Shown here: one piece after another, positions 62,934 through 64,000 of the stretch
Layout of the letters: each line of letters begins with the position of its first letter
Position numbering within the stretch: the stretch's first letter is position 1
Source of the DNA: Neocallimastix sp. 'constans'
Lineage: Eukaryota
NCBI GenBank assembly: GCA_050613775.1
Contig: JBODTK010000103.1
Location: 496,001 to 560,000, forward strand
Length of the DNA: 64,000 nucleotides
Direction: 5' to 3'
Notes under the pieces: generated by a model
Database searches by the model: none
Seen by the model: only the letters and a program-made list of their open reading frames with translations
What the model was told of the DNA's origin: nothing
Position numbers and translations under genes: made by a program

Positions 62934-64000
62934 TGTGGCTAAATAAAAATATAACGAGAAATTATTACATAATATATTTCATTGTATTAGCTTAACAACG
63001 AGTTCGTTGTATTATAAAAATATCTTTTAATTTATTTAATACACATAAATTATTTTAATATAAATTTAATATATTTTTCTTTGTATTCTAACATTCCCCC
63101 TTAGACCAGAATGTTTGCTTGTCAAAGATTTGGTTTGTAAACTTAGTCATTTTTGGTCCATTAAAATCTTTTGTTAATGGATCGGCCAACATCCTTTCGG
63201 TATTGATGTATTCTAATTTTATTCTGTTATTTTTGATATTATCTTTATTGAAGTATAATTTTATTTCTATATGTTTTAATTTATTGTTGAGTTCACCGTT
63301 TTCTATTGTCGTTTTACTTGCTAAGTTATCAGTGAATATTTTTATTGGTTTTTTAATGTTGAATATTTCATATAAAATATTTCGGATCCATAAAACCTTT
63401 TTAGTACATTCAGCGGTAGCAATGTATTCAGCTTCCGCGGTAGATGTGGCAACTACTGTTTGTTTCTTGGATTGCCAACATATTGGATCATTATTCATTG
63501 ATATTATATACCCCGAAGTAGATTTCCTATCTTTTGGGTCACCAGCGTAGTCAGCATCAGTATATGCCATAATTTCCCCCTGTCCTTTATATTTAATTTT
63601 GTAGTATTTAGTATAATTTAAGTATTTTAATATATTTATTACCATTTTCCAATCAGCTATGGTAGGATTCTCAGAATTTCTAGCAATCTTTCCTACAGCG
63701 TAAGTAATATCTGGACGGGTACACCTGGCTAGATAGATTAACGATCCAATTGCACTTTTAAATGTTGTTTTATCGAATGGTTCATTATTCTTTGCTGAAT
63801 TTGAGATGCTTGAACAAAGCGTTTTTGACTTTCTTATATTTTTAACTTTGAATTTTTGTAATATATCATTTATTAATTGAATTTGAGAAATTACGTAGCT
63901 TGTATTTTCCTTTTCAATATTAATTCCTAAAATATAATCCGCTTCACTGCATTTTGAAACTTTAAAGTTTTTCTTAATTCTTTTAATAATTTTATTTATA
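62934..64000 (-). mobile_element. 3' end of a Ty1/copia LTR retrotransposon (continues past the window); 3' LTR ~63093-62934
   Basis: Polypurine tract AAGGGGGAA then TGTTAG at 63093 on the minus strand; candidate LTR end ...GCCACA at 62934 is tentative. Confidence 0.88.
63088..63999 (-). CDS. copia Pol, RT C-terminus plus RNase H (partial, open to the window edge)
   Basis: YILGINI...SAIGSLIYLARCTRPDITYAV; YTDADYAGD..DRKSTSGY; WQSKKQTVVATSTAEAEY; TDN; KHIEIK; MLADPLTK. Confidence 0.93.
   Translation of the reverse strand: MNKIIKRIKKNFKVSKCSEADYILGINIEKENTSYVISQIQLINDILQKFKVKNIRKSKTLCSSISNSAKNNEPFDKTTFKSAIGSLIYLARCTRPDITYAVGKIARNSENPTIADWKMVINILKYLNYTKYYKIKYKGQGEIMAYTDADYAGDPKDRKSTSGYIISMNNDPICWQSKKQTVVATSTAEAEYIATAECTKKVLWIRNILYEIFNIKKPIKIFTDNLASKTTIENGELNNKLKHIEIKLYFNKDNIKNNRIKLEYINTERMLADPLTKDFNGPKMTKFTNQIFDKQTFWSKGEC

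Overview
Extremely AT-rich, intron-rich eukaryotic DNA, most likely from an anaerobic gut fungus (Neocallimastigomycota). This is inferred from a fungal dockerin + CBM1 protein, a ciliary MKS1 gene and the base composition. Host genes: MKS1 (+, 14 exons), a Bem3-like PX-PH-RhoGAP (-), a small protein with two FAM104/VCF-like helices (-), RPL11 (+), a secreted dockerin-CBM1 protein (-), a divergent ubiquitin-L40 fusion (-) and the ERMES subunit MDM34 (-). The 22-51 kb and 60-64 kb regions are mostly mobile DNA: a 5'-truncated LINE, three Mutator-like (MULE) elements with disrupted transposases, two MITEs, a decayed second LTR element and the 3' end of a Ty1/copia element. One MULE spans 12.8 kb with a perfect 9-bp TSD and hosts a minisatellite, a tRNA-derived SINE, a second SINE-like relic and an intact Ty3/gypsy chromovirus. 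Most notable observations: (1) two different LTRs each carry tRNA-spaced Pol III A/B boxes; (2) the chromovirus has a Tf1-like self-priming site, TA..TA termini and a structured 5' leader; (3) a CCA-bearing tRNA-SINE has a tail resembling the local LINE; (4) a compound satellite alternates constant units with variable (TTTTA)n spacers. All calls and splice models were made by eye; no database searches were run.
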